Source: Candidatus Electrothrix yaqonensis (GTDB taxonomy: Bacteria; Desulfobacterota; Desulfobulbia; Desulfobulbales; Desulfobulbaceae). From it: a stretch of 32,000 nt of DNA. The first letter of the stretch is position 1. Each line of letters opens with the position of its first letter. The stretch lies in the NCBI GenBank assembly GCA_047651235.1, contig CP178758.1:2430001-2462000 (forward strand), written 5' to 3'. Below the pieces are notes generated by a model. The model was not told the DNA's origin. It worked only from the letters and a program-made list of their open reading frames with translations, and made no database searches. Position numbers and translations under genes: made by a program. Below, piece after piece: positions 1 through 8,950 of the stretch.

Positions 1-280
1 TGCTTTTCTGCGGGCTGCCGGTAAAAGTAAAAGTAAAGAAGAGGCGGGAAAAAAGTATCCAAGTGGGCAGAGAGACCAAGTCGGACAGGTGGATATCCTG
101 GGCCCGGTTCCTGCTCCTCTATCCATGCTGAAAAAACGGTTCCGCTGGCAGCTTCTGCTGAAAAGCAGTAGCCCGGAACAGCTCCACAGGCTCTGTGATC
201 AGCTGCCCGAAGCAAAAAAGCGGTATTGCGGAGTAGCGGTCAGGATGAGACCTGATGTGGATCCGGAAAATATGATGTAA
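1..280 (+). CDS. priA: Primosomal protein N' (PriA), C-terminal end; 5' part lies outside the window
   Basis: Frame 2 is open from the window edge to TAA at 278-280. The tail ...ILGPVPAPLSMLKKRFRWQLLLKSSSPEQL...VDPENMM fits the conserved PriA C-terminal pattern (GP.PAP...R.RW.LL.K ... DVDP). Confidence 0.7.
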   Translation, partial: AFLRAAGKSKSKEEAGKKYPSGQRDQVGQVDILGPVPAPLSMLKKRFRWQLLLKSSSPEQLHRLCDQLPEAKKRYCGVAVRMRPDVDPENMM

Positions 281-317
281 CCGTCGGGCTAAAAAATATT
301 AAATTTATCTGAAAAAA

Positions 318-382
318 GTGCCCTGCCCGGAGGAAAGCAGGGCACGGACAGGGAGGCAAAAACACACCCCCCGAGGGGGGTG
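318..382 (+). terminator. Two GC-rich stem-loops just downstream of priA (possible terminator or RNA-stabilising structures)
   Basis: First stem: gtgccctgc (318-326) pairs with gcagggcac (337-345). Second: the near-perfect palindrome caccccccgaggggggtg (365-382). Neither is followed by a clean T-run, so intrinsic-terminator status is uncertain. Confidence 0.35.
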
Positions 383-392
383 CCTCCAACCG

Positions 393-442
393 CAAAAAAA
401 TACCCCGGCAGGAAAAAAAAAGGAGGAGTAAACCTGCCGGGG
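393..442 (-). terminator. Candidate Rho-independent terminator read on the minus strand (hairpin of repeat copy 1)
   Basis: On the minus strand the 10-bp GC-rich stem (442-433/412-403) is followed by TATTTTTTTG (complement of 402-393). No well-supported minus-strand gene lies directly upstream, so the terminated transcript is unknown. Confidence 0.4.
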
Positions 443-654
443 TACAGGGTTGAACCCGTATATTTAAAGGGGAAAATAAATGAAATTTATTTTGAACCCT
501 GTTGAACCCCTATTCACCTCTATAATACCCCGGCAGGAAAAAAAGGAGGAGTAAACCTGCCGGGGTACAGGGTTGGGACCCATATATATAAAAGGGGAAA
601 ATAAATGAAATTTATTCTGAACCCTGTTGAACCCTTGTTTGCCCTCTCTTTATA
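400..654. repeat. Head-to-tail tandem duplication of a ~125-bp unit (copy 1 at 400-524, copy 2 at 525-654)
   Basis: The two copies align directly. Both carry ataccccggcagg-A(n)-ggaggagtaaacctgccggggtacagggtt...aaaggggaaaataaatgaaatttatt(t/c)tgaaccctgttgaaccc. Each has a perfect 10-bp stem ccccggcagg/cctgccgggg (403-412/433-442 and 528-537/556-565) and an internal palindrome aaaataaat-gaa-atttatttt. Confidence 0.9.
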
Positions 655-1339
655 ATTTTATTTTTTCTGTTCTTCTGTCCATGAGCTTTTTCTGCATGTC
701 CGCTTAAAAATTTCTGTTCAGTTCATTCATCTCTTTGCCCTCTTTAATGCTAAAAACGTGCCATTCTGTATTGTTTTTTACAATCCGCCGTTATAACTGC
801 ACTAAGCCGATAAAAGGAATCCTTGCTAATAAAGAACCGTATTAATTTAACACGAAAACCGGGTAACTTTTTCCTTGCCTCTGAAGTTGACCGGGTATTT
901 TTTACCCACCTTCTTTGCCGCTATTTTCCGGATACAGGGAGAGTGTCTAAAGACTGTCTTTAGACCGTTAAGCCGTATCTTTTGACTTGCTGCGGACCTT
1001 CCTGTCAGGGTAATGTGGGCAGTATATTTTGCCTGTTGTTCATTCAGTGCACAGTGGTTTTCATGCCGTTCATAATGGATACTGTCTGGATATTGTGCGG
1101 TCATTGGTGTATTTTTTATATTCCCGCCGTTGATCATTGAAAAAATGATACAGCAAGGAGGCATCCGGTTATCAGAAGGCTGTCAGAGAGCAATATTTTC
1201 CGGCTTTACGTACAGTACCGGTAAAAAGATGAACAGAAGATGAATCCGGAAAAAATAAATTTTCTGCATCGAACTGTCAATGTGTTCTTTATGATAAATC
1301 AGCGCATTGGCACAATAAAAATACTTACCCGGAAAAAAC

Positions 1340-3247
1340 GTGGCAGAACATCAGTACGACGAATCCAAAATCAAGACCCTCAGCTCACTGGAACATATCC
1401 GCAAGCGGCCCGGTATGTACATCGGGCGCCTCGGCAACGGTTCCGATCCGGATGACGGCATCTATATCCTGCTCAAGGAAGTCGTCGATAATGCGGTTGA
1501 CGAATACATCATGGGATACGGCAAAGAGGTCGAAATTACCCTTGACGGGGTCGGACGCTGCCGGGTGCGGGATTACGGACGCGGTATTCCGCTGGGGAAA
1601 GTGGTGGAATGCGTCTCGGTGATCAACACCGGGGCAAAGTATAATACCGATGTTTTTCAGTTCTCGGTCGGACTGAACGGGGTGGGAACCAAGGCAGTGA
1701 ATGCCCTTTCCGAGCACTTTACTGTATGCGCCTTCAGGAAGGGAAAGTTTAAAAAAGCGACTTTTGCGCAGGGTACGCTGGTCAGCGAGGAAGACGGCAG
1801 GAGTGAGGAAAAAGACGGCACTCTGATCGAATTTCTGCCGGATGCAGCCTCTTTCCCTGATTTCTCCTTTGATCCCGACTATGTTGATCAGCGGCTGTGG
1901 CGGTATGCTTATCTCAACGCCGGACTGACCCTGTATCTTGATATTGATACATCGACATCGAATACACCTGATACACCGGAATCGGAGACCGCAGCCGGAG
2001 CAGGAAAATCAGATCGTACACGAAAAAAATATTATTCCGCCCGGGGGCTGCTCGATCTGCTGCAGAATGAGCTGGGAGAAAAGAATATCTACCCGCCAAT
2101 ACAGTCCTCCGAAACAGCGCTGGAGTTCGCCTTTACCCATACGGACGATTACGGCGAGACCTATTATTCCTTTGTCAACGGCACCTATACCTCAGAGGGA
2201 GGCACCCATTTATCTGCCTTCCGCGAGGGCATACTCAAGGGCGTCAATGAGTTCTCAGATAAAAAATATACGGGCAGGGATGTACGGGACGGCATTGTCG
2301 GTGCCCTTGCCGTCAAGGTGCAGGAGCCGGTGTTTGAATCGCAGACCAAGAATAGACTGGGCAACACGGATATACGGGTCTGGATTGTCAATGCTGTCCG
2401 TGAGGCCGTAGCCACCTGGCTGTATAAATTTCCGGACAGTGCTGAGCTCTTTCTGGACAAGGTGCAGCGCAACGAACGGGTGCGCAGAGAACTGCAGTCG
2501 GTGCGCAAAGAGGCCAAGGCCAAGGCGAAAAAGGTTGCGTTCAAAATCCCTCAGCTGAAGGACTGCAAGTATCATCCGGGTCGTCGGAATCCCTCCAAAA
2601 GAGGCCGGGAGAATATGATCTTCATCACCGAGGGCCAGTCGGCCGCCGGTTCCATTGTCTCCTCCCGCGATCCCATGACCCAGGCTGTGTTTTCTCTCAA
2701 GGGTAAGCCCATGAACGTGTTCGGTCAGCGGCTCGACCTGCTCTATAAAAACGATGAGATGTACTCGCTCATGCGGAGCCTGAATGTGGAGGAATCCATT
2801 GCCGATCTTCGTTTTGACAAGATTATTCTGGCAACAGATGCTGATGTGGACGGCCTGCATATCCGAAATCTGCTGCTCACTTTTTTTCTCCATTATTTTG
2901 AGCCGCTGATTAAACTCGGCCACGTTTACATCCTGAAGACCCCGCTGTTCCGGGCGAGAAATAAAAAGAAAACAGTTTACTGTTATTCAGAACAGGAAAA
3001 GGAGAAAGCAGTGAACCTGCTGAAGGGCCGGGGTAATGCTGCTTCTGTTGAGGTTACCCGGTTCAAGGGGCTCGGCGAGATCTCGCCGCCGGAGTTCAAA
3101 CAGTTCATCGGCCCGGATATGCGCCTGCAGCCGGTGCGGCTGGACAGTCTGTCTGAAATCAGCCGGGTGCTTTCCTTTTACATGGGAAAAAATACCCCGG
3201 ACCGCCGTCGGTACATTATGGAGCATCTGGTGCTGCGGCCGGTGTGA
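1340..3247 (+). CDS. parE: Type IIA DNA topoisomerase subunit B, short (635 aa) ParE-like form
   Basis: GTG start. The N-terminus has SLEHIRKRPGMYIG, LLKEVVDNAVDE (GHKL ATPase N-box) and GLNGVGTKAVNALS (ATP lid). A Toprim region follows (IFITEGQSAAGS ... LATDADVDGLHI). The ~635 aa length lacks the long insert seen in many proteobacterial GyrB, which favours ParE, but GyrB cannot be excluded. Confidence 0.85.
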   Translation: MAEHQYDESKIKTLSSLEHIRKRPGMYIGRLGNGSDPDDGIYILLKEVVDNAVDEYIMGYGKEVEITLDGVGRCRVRDYGRGIPLGKVVECVSVINTGAKYNTDVFQFSVGLNGVGTKAVNALSEHFTVCAFRKGKFKKATFAQGTLVSEEDGRSEEKDGTLIEFLPDAASFPDFSFDPDYVDQRLWRYAYLNAGLTLYLDIDTSTSNTPDTPESETAAGAGKSDRTRKKYYSARGLLDLLQNELGEKNIYPPIQSSETALEFAFTHTDDYGETYYSFVNGTYTSEGGTHLSAFREGILKGVNEFSDKKYTGRDVRDGIVGALAVKVQEPVFESQTKNRLGNTDIRVWIVNAVREAVATWLYKFPDSAELFLDKVQRNERVRRELQSVRKEAKAKAKKVAFKIPQLKDCKYHPGRRNPSKRGRENMIFITEGQSAAGSIVSSRDPMTQAVFSLKGKPMNVFGQRLDLLYKNDEMYSLMRSLNVEESIADLRFDKIILATDADVDGLHIRNLLLTFFLHYFEPLIKLGHVYILKTPLFRARNKKKTVYCYSEQEKEKAVNLLKGRGNAASVEVTRFKGLGEISPPEFKQFIGPDMRLQPVRLDSLSEISRVLSFYMGKNTPDRRRYIMEHLVLRPV

Positions 3248-3572
3248 GCGGTGTGAGATATGGTGCGCTTCGTAACTGCGCTAAATATCAACTTCTTGGA
3301 ATGACGGAGATGTTGCGATTTATTTTTGCTTTTTTCGAGATTGGTGTATAGTTATTATCCAGTCCGGCTGTACGTTATCAGCCCGTAATACGTTGCGGAA
3401 CTGCTGTCAGGATGGTACAAAACGGCATTGCGCTCAGGAAAAGCCAGCAACCGAAGTTCGGCCTTCCGAGTGTGTTTAGTGTGTTTCTGTGCAGGATACA
3501 GAAAAACGAACATAAACTATCCTGCTTCTCTTCGTATCGAATCATCTCGAATGCTGGACCGGATTTTTCCCG

Positions 3573-3866
3573 ATGGCGGCAAAGAAAAAGCACCTGCTTG
3601 TTTATCATATTATTTTCATTCTTATCTGCAGCGGTCTTTTCTATTTTCTCTGGACCGCGCCGCCGGGAACAACGCCGCTTATGCCGCGCAATGCCGCGCA
3701 TGAACGGTTTATGGATATGGACAAAAAACAGGCTGAGGAATACTGCCGGGAATGTCATGCCGAGGGAAAGGCAAAGCCGCTGTCAGAGCAGCATCCCCAG
3801 CCCTACCGGTGCCTGTTCTGCCATAAACGGGTGGACCAGATCAGAGAAATCGAGCCGGAAGAATAG
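3573..3866 (+). CDS. Small membrane-anchored dihaem c-type cytochrome (97 aa)
   Basis: Basic N-terminus plus one hydrophobic helix (LLVYHIIFILICSGLFYFLW). Two CXXCH haem-binding motifs are present (CRECH and CLFCH). It ends 11 nt before the next gene. No obvious Shine-Dalgarno precedes the ATG. Confidence 0.55.
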   Translation: MAAKKKHLLVYHIIFILICSGLFYFLWTAPPGTTPLMPRNAAHERFMDMDKKQAEEYCRECHAEGKAKPLSEQHPQPYRCLFCHKRVDQIREIEPEE

Positions 3867-3877
3867 ACAGGGAAAAG

Positions 3878-4696
3878 GTGATGTGGACTGTCAAGGATGT
3901 GTATTATATCTCTGATTCCACAGCGTTGCTGACAGAAGATATCGGACGGTCTCTGCTCTGCCAGTTTCCGGCTGTCGGATTTAACGAGGAGAAAATACCG
4001 TTTGTCCGGGACAGACATGATGCCGAAAGGGCCGTTGCCCGCATCATGGAACAGTCCGGCGGACTGCAGCCTTTGATTTTCTGCACTATTATTGATCCGG
4101 ACGTACGGGCTGTCTTTGACCGGGCGGAAGTTGAGGTCTTTGATCTGTACGACGGGCTGCTGGACAGGCTTGAAGGCAATCTGGAGACGGAAGCGCTGCG
4201 TCAGCCCGGTTTTTTCCGAAAAGGTGATGCGGCACGGCCTGACAGACGGGTGGAGGCTATTCATTACACCATTGAACACGACGACGGACAGCGGACAGAC
4301 GGCTATGATCAGGCGGATATTATTCTTGTCGGGGTTTCCAGAGCCGGCAAGACGCCGGTCAGCGTGTACCTTGCCACGCACATGGGATTGAAAACAGCCA
4401 ATTTTCCCATGACAGCGGATCATCTTGCCGCCTATGAACTGCCGGCAGATATCGTCCGCAACCGCAGCCGGACTGTAGGGCTGACTGTCTCACCGCAGTT
4501 TCTCCACAGAATCAGAGAGGAGCGCTATAAAGGCAGTCGATACGCCCGGCTGGCAACGTGCAGAGATGAGCTCCGGCAGGCGGAGCAGCTCTATATGCAG
4601 CACGGAATCAGTACGGTGCAGACAGAAGGAAAATCCATTGAGGAACTTGCAGTGCATGTGACTCAGCTCCTCGGTATTTCCAGGAAAAAAATATAA
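3878..4696 (+). CDS. ppsR: PEP synthetase / pyruvate-phosphate dikinase regulatory protein (DUF299, bifunctional kinase-pyrophosphorylase)
   Basis: Length is ~270 aa. The P-loop segment DIILVGVSRAGKTPVSVYLA is diagnostic of the PpsR/PDRP family. The start may be GTG 3878 or ATG 3881. Confidence 0.85.
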   Translation: MMWTVKDVYYISDSTALLTEDIGRSLLCQFPAVGFNEEKIPFVRDRHDAERAVARIMEQSGGLQPLIFCTIIDPDVRAVFDRAEVEVFDLYDGLLDRLEGNLETEALRQPGFFRKGDAARPDRRVEAIHYTIEHDDGQRTDGYDQADIILVGVSRAGKTPVSVYLATHMGLKTANFPMTADHLAAYELPADIVRNRSRTVGLTVSPQFLHRIREERYKGSRYARLATCRDELRQAEQLYMQHGISTVQTEGKSIEELAVHVTQLLGISRKKI

Positions 4697-4706
4697 AAAC
4701 AGAATA

Positions 4707-5621
4707 ATGCGTTATCTCCGGCTTCTGCTCCTTCTGCTTGGTGTTTTTTTTCTGTGGAGCTGTGATACGCCGGAGCAGAGAACGGAGCATCCTATGGACC
4801 GTCCGGAAGTACAGCGTCTGCTTTTTCATCCCCGGAGGGCGGAGCGGACACCTTTGCCTGAAGGTGCTGAAGATATCGATATCGAGGTGGAACCGGGAAT
4901 CAGGATCGGTTGCCGTTTTTTTCCGGCGGGCAAAGACAAACCGACCATCCTTTTTTTTCACGGCAACGGGGAGATCGTTACAGATTACGATGCCATCGGT
5001 CCGGTGTATGTCCGCCATAATCTTAATCTGCTGGTCACAGATTATCGCGGTTACGGCTGGAGTGACGGGACGCCCTCTTTTTCCGCTCTGCTGGCCGACT
5101 GCCATACCCTGTATGCCGAGGCCAAACAGTTTCTGCAGGACAAAGGCTACAGCCCGACCTTATTTCTGATGGGGCGGTCACTTGGTTCTGCCTCTGCCAT
5201 AGAACTCGCCCGGACATATAACGAGGAAATCAGCGGCCTGATCATTGACAGCGGTTTTGCCGAGACCCTGCCTCTGGCGGAAACACTGGGCGCGGATCTG
5301 GAGGAGGTGGATATCCCGGAAGAGCAGACCTTCAATAACAGCGCCAAAATCCGGCAGGTCACCAAACCTACCTTTCTGCTGCATGGCCAGCGCGACACCC
5401 TGATTCCGCTCTGGCAGGCGGAAAAACTGCATGCCGAATGCGGTGCCCGGACAAAAGAGCTGCAGGTTGTGCCGGGCGCTGAGCATAATTCTCTGATCAG
5501 CATCGGAGGGAAATACTACTTTCTGGCAATTCAGCAGTTTGTTGAAAAGGTGACCGGTGCTTCGGACTGGCGGAACCGGCGAAAAAAATTCAAAGCCCGG
5601 CAGGCTGGTGCGGAAAAATAA
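4707..5621 (+). CDS. Alpha/beta-fold hydrolase, probable lipoprotein
   Basis: Signal sequence with a lipobox-like LWSC. Also ILFFHGNGE (oxyanion region), the nucleophile elbow GRSLGS (GxSxG) and a late His (GAEHN). The pattern fits a serine hydrolase of the BAAT/S33-like type. Confidence 0.8.
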   Translation: MRYLRLLLLLLGVFFLWSCDTPEQRTEHPMDRPEVQRLLFHPRRAERTPLPEGAEDIDIEVEPGIRIGCRFFPAGKDKPTILFFHGNGEIVTDYDAIGPVYVRHNLNLLVTDYRGYGWSDGTPSFSALLADCHTLYAEAKQFLQDKGYSPTLFLMGRSLGSASAIELARTYNEEISGLIIDSGFAETLPLAETLGADLEEVDIPEEQTFNNSAKIRQVTKPTFLLHGQRDTLIPLWQAEKLHAECGARTKELQVVPGAEHNSLISIGGKYYFLAIQQFVEKVTGASDWRNRRKKFKARQAGAEK

Positions 5622-5660
5622 GGAGCAGGCGAGATTGCGGCTTCGGCAGAAACAGAAAAG

Positions 5661-6188
5661 ATGAATCGTATCAGAGGGAAGCGGACAGACTGTCTGTCCT
5701 GGGATGAGTATTTCATGGCAGTGGCCCTGCTTTCCGGCCAGCGCTCAAAGGATCCGAACACGCAGGTCGGTGCCTGTGTGGCTGATGCGGCCAACAAAAT
5801 CGTCGGGGTCGGGTACAACGGTTTTCCCTGGGGATGTTCGGATGATGAACTGCCTTGGCAGCGTGAAGGCGAGTATCTGGACACCAAGTATCCGTATGTC
5901 TGTCATGCTGAACTGAATGCGGTTCTGAATACCACCTCGCGCAATCTTACCGGTTGCCGGATCTATGTGGCCCTGTTCCCCTGCAATGAATGCACCAAGG
6001 TAATTATTCAGGCCGGGATTCGGGAGATTATCTATCTTTCTGATAAATACAGAGAAACTGACTCTGTCAGGGCGTCAAAGATCATGCTGGACAAAGCCGG
6101 GGTGCAGTACAGACGCTTCCGGCCGGAACGGGATTCCGTGGTTGTTGCCTTCAGAGCGTCAGCGGAAAAAACTGAAAGTGCGGAATAA
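5661..6188 (+). CDS. Deoxycytidylate (dCMP) deaminase, ComEB/zinc-dependent cytidine deaminase fold
   Basis: WDEYFM...A.LS..RSKDP.TQVGAC, CHAELNA (H-A-E zinc/catalytic motif) and PCNECTK (PCxxC zinc motif). The ~175 aa length is typical. Confidence 0.9.
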   Translation: MNRIRGKRTDCLSWDEYFMAVALLSGQRSKDPNTQVGACVADAANKIVGVGYNGFPWGCSDDELPWQREGEYLDTKYPYVCHAELNAVLNTTSRNLTGCRIYVALFPCNECTKVIIQAGIREIIYLSDKYRETDSVRASKIMLDKAGVQYRRFRPERDSVVVAFRASAEKTESAE

Positions 6189-6341
6189 ATGCGGCGTATC
6201 TGTTTTGCGAACCGATGTAATGTGGTATACAACAGATAAGAATAGATATCGTCACAGTCAGAAATGTTTCCGGCTGCAGAAAGGAACCTGTAGGTACGTG
6301 TCGTTATGTGCACGGAAAAAAGTCCGCATAGGGAGGAACTG

Positions 6342-6869
6342 ATGAAAAAAAAAATTTGGGCAGGGCTGCTGCTTATTCTGCTTGCTCCGGGGCTGGTGCT
6401 GGCGCAGGAGCTGGAACTTTGGCAGGAGAATTTTTTTGATGATTTTGACCGACTTGGTCTGCAGCCAGCTGTAGAAAATGCACTGGAGGACAAGATTCTT
6501 CCTAATGCGATTTTGACTTTTATTATCAGCAATAATGAGAAGTTCGGCACAAAAGACTCTCTTAAGGCCCTGTATTGTGCCGGGGCGGACAGGCCAGCGG
6601 TCCGGGAAGCTGCGGACAGGCTTGGGATCACGACAAACGAGGTGAGCAGATCCCTGCAGGAGGCTATTGTTGAGTGCAATATAAAACTGACCTTAACGGA
6701 TCGGGATATTATGGATGACCCGGCATCCGGACCGGGAATTGGCGGGGCATCTGCAGGCAGTCAACCTGCCGTTCAGGAAGAGAATATGGTGGATATGATC
6801 GTAGAACCGCAGGATAAGAAGCCCAAAAAGGATAAGAAGCCTAAGAAATCCAGCCCTGATACACCGTAA
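6342..6869 (+). CDS. Secreted hypothetical protein with a Lys/Pro-rich tail
   Basis: ATG 6342 is preceded by gggagg (6331-6336). The signal peptide is MKKKIWAGLLLILLAPGLVLAQE and the C-terminus is PKKDKKPKKSSPDTP. No family was recognised. The longer ORF starting at 6306 was rejected in favour of the RBS-supported start. Confidence 0.5.
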   Translation: MKKKIWAGLLLILLAPGLVLAQELELWQENFFDDFDRLGLQPAVENALEDKILPNAILTFIISNNEKFGTKDSLKALYCAGADRPAVREAADRLGITTNEVSRSLQEAIVECNIKLTLTDRDIMDDPASGPGIGGASAGSQPAVQEENMVDMIVEPQDKKPKKDKKPKKSSPDTP

Positions 6870-6928
6870 TCTTTTTGTGAACGGCAACGCAGGGAATGAC
6901 TTCAACTATATAATAGTAGGATAATATC

Positions 6929-8950
6929 ATGCGGATTTTGACAAACAAATATCAGCTCACTGTCTTGCTGCTGCTGAGTATTTCTGCAACTGGCGTCAAT
7001 GCCCAGGAACAGCCTGCAGACGATCTGCCCGATACCGTTATAGAAACGGAAGATGATGCGCAGGCGGTGGACGAGTTGGACATAGATGCAATGGATGACC
7101 TCAGTATCCAGCAGGAGGAACCTGCAGGAGATCCGGCTTCCGATTCCGATATAGAGGCAGAGGAGACAGAGCCGCCAGCGGATACATTGTTCGGGGCGGA
7201 TATCATGGAAGAAGAGGAAGAGAACGCTGCTGTGCAATCCGCTTTACCTGCCGAGCCTGTTGAGGAAGCGGGAGATGAGCCGGACGCGGATGCAATGGAT
7301 GACATCAGTATCCAGCAGGAATCTACAGATGATCTGCCCGATGCCGACATAGGTATGGAAACGGAGGAGACAGCGCAGGCTGAGGACGCATTGTCTGAGA
7401 CGGACAGCATGGAAGAAGAGAACGCTGCTGTGCAATCCGTTTTACCTGCTGGGGTTGCCGAGCCTGTTGAGGAGGCGGAGGATGAGCTGGACGCGGATGC
7501 AGTGGATGACATCAGCGTCCAGGGACTTCCTGCAGATGATCTGCCCGCTGCCGATACCTATATAGAAACAGAGGAGACGGAGCAGACTGAGGACATATTG
7601 TCTGCTACGGATATCATGGAGGAAGAGGACGCTGCGGCGGAATCTGTTTTTCCTGCCGGGCATGTTGAGCCTCTCGAAGAGACAGACGAAGAGACAGACG
7701 ATGAGGCGGAGGATAAGCTGGCGACAGATGGTCGGATCTTCGGTTATCGGAGAGGACTTCTGCACGGCGCATTGGCCTTGAATGCTGAATGGACAGACAA
7801 TCTGTATAATTATGATGCGAACAAAGAGGAAAATCTTCTGACCGTCATTACGCCTTCTGCTTGGATGACCTGGCCCCGAAGATCAAGACGGCCGGTGCAG
7901 ATGGCAGCCGACAATACCATGCCCGGCGGTCTGCAGTACAGCCTGACCGACTATGAGATGTACAATAAATATGAAGTATATCTTGCCGGTAAACTGGATG
8001 CGATGCGCTATTCGGCAAATTCCGACCTTGATCATATTGAGCACGGTATCGAAGCTATGGCCCGATATCAGCCCATGCTCAGACTGAATTTCCACGTTCT
8101 GGATAAGTTTACTCACAGTCAGGATATTTTTAATATTACCGAGGCAACGTTGGAAAACAACCGGGTCTATGATGCCAATATTTTCGGTCTCGGCGCGGAC
8201 TGGCGATTTGCCGACAAGATGACCCTGCAGCTGACCTACAAGCATTTTGATCTGACGTATGAGGAGGATATCAATAATTTTCTGAACCGTACAGATAACG
8301 GCTTTACCGGTAAGTTTGCTTACGACTACAGTCCGAAAACAGATTTTTTCGGCGAGTATCACTATATTCTTGCCAGTTATGATGAAAGTGACAGTAAAGT
8401 GCCGGATAACGGCAACAGCATCGTGAATGCAGGGATTAACTGGCAGGCCACGGTGAAAACCGCCTTCATGGCTAAAGCCGGTTACCAGCTGGTTCATTAC
8501 GATACTGAAACCCCTGACTATGATGAAGCGGAAACGCCGGATACCGTGATTGATGATGACAAAAACGGACTGTATTTCGAAGCCCAGGCATCTTGGCAGG
8601 CAACCCGGAAAAGTGAGTTTATCCTGAATTCCAAGTACAGCGTGGAACAGACAGACAGTGAATACGCCCTGAATAAAACCGTATTTTCTACCAGAGCTGC
8701 CTATGGTCACCGGTTTACCGATAAGATCCGGGGCGATATAAACGTTATTTATGAAGACTCGGACTACGCCCTGTTTGATGGCCGTTCCCGTCTTGATGAG
8801 CGCTGGTATATAAAACCGGAACTGCAGTTTGCCATGAAAAAGTGGCTCTCCTTTCGTCTCTATTACAGCTTTGACACAAAGGATTCCAACTTTGACGAGC
8901 TGGATTATGAAACCAACACGTTGGGAATCGGTGTCCGGGGAGCATTCTGA
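6929..8950 (+). CDS. Outer-membrane beta-barrel protein (EPS-locus associated) with a ~240-aa acidic tandem-repeat N-terminal arm
   Basis: Signal peptide (..LLLSISATGVNAQE). The C-terminal ~400 aa show alternating amphipathic beta-strand patterns rich in Y/D/N/T and end in ...GIGVRGAF, the terminal Phe typical of OMPs. The gene sits directly upstream of Wza/Wzc-like genes, as the uncharacterised OMPs of EPS (EpsL-like) loci do. Confidence 0.7.
   Translation: MRILTNKYQLTVLLLLSISATGVNAQEQPADDLPDTVIETEDDAQAVDELDIDAMDDLSIQQEEPAGDPASDSDIEAEETEPPADTLFGADIMEEEEENAAVQSALPAEPVEEAGDEPDADAMDDISIQQESTDDLPDADIGMETEETAQAEDALSETDSMEEENAAVQSVLPAGVAEPVEEAEDELDADAVDDISVQGLPADDLPAADTYIETEETEQTEDILSATDIMEEEDAAAESVFPAGHVEPLEETDEETDDEAEDKLATDGRIFGYRRGLLHGALALNAEWTDNLYNYDANKEENLLTVITPSAWMTWPRRSRRPVQMAADNTMPGGLQYSLTDYEMYNKYEVYLAGKLDAMRYSANSDLDHIEHGIEAMARYQPMLRLNFHVLDKFTHSQDIFNITEATLENNRVYDANIFGLGADWRFADKMTLQLTYKHFDLTYEEDINNFLNRTDNGFTGKFAYDYSPKTDFFGEYHYILASYDESDSKVPDNGNSIVNAGINWQATVKTAFMAKAGYQLVHYDTETPDYDEAETPDTVIDDDKNGLYFEAQASWQATRKSEFILNSKYSVEQTDSEYALNKTVFSTRAAYGHRFTDKIRGDINVIYEDSDYALFDGRSRLDERWYIKPELQFAMKKWLSFRLYYSFDTKDSNFDELDYETNTLGIGVRGAF
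7015..7700 (+). repeat. About three copies of a ~204-207-bp coding repeat (acidic D/E-rich module) inside the OMP gene
   Basis: The marker gatgc(a/g)(a/g)tggatgac recurs at about 7085, 7289 and 7496, and ga(c/t)gatctgccc at about 7017, 7325 and 7533. The protein unit is ~DADAMDDISIQ..DDLP.AD...ETEET.Q.ED.LS.TD.MEEE.AA..SV.PAG..EP.EE..DE. Confidence 0.85.

Noticed and set aside
847-1164. 105-aa minus-strand ORF in the priA-parE gap
   Set aside because: No family, signal, RBS or conserved motif was recognised, and it is Cys/His-rich with an internal perfect palindrome. It cannot be supported as a gene from sequence alone, though it cannot be excluded either.
3378-3915. Overlapping ORFs 3378..3758 (-), 3412..3915 (+) and 3428..3703 (+) around the mini-cytochrome
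   Set aside because: They have no motifs and mutually overlap. The 3573..3866 frame alone yields a TM helix plus two CXXCH motifs.
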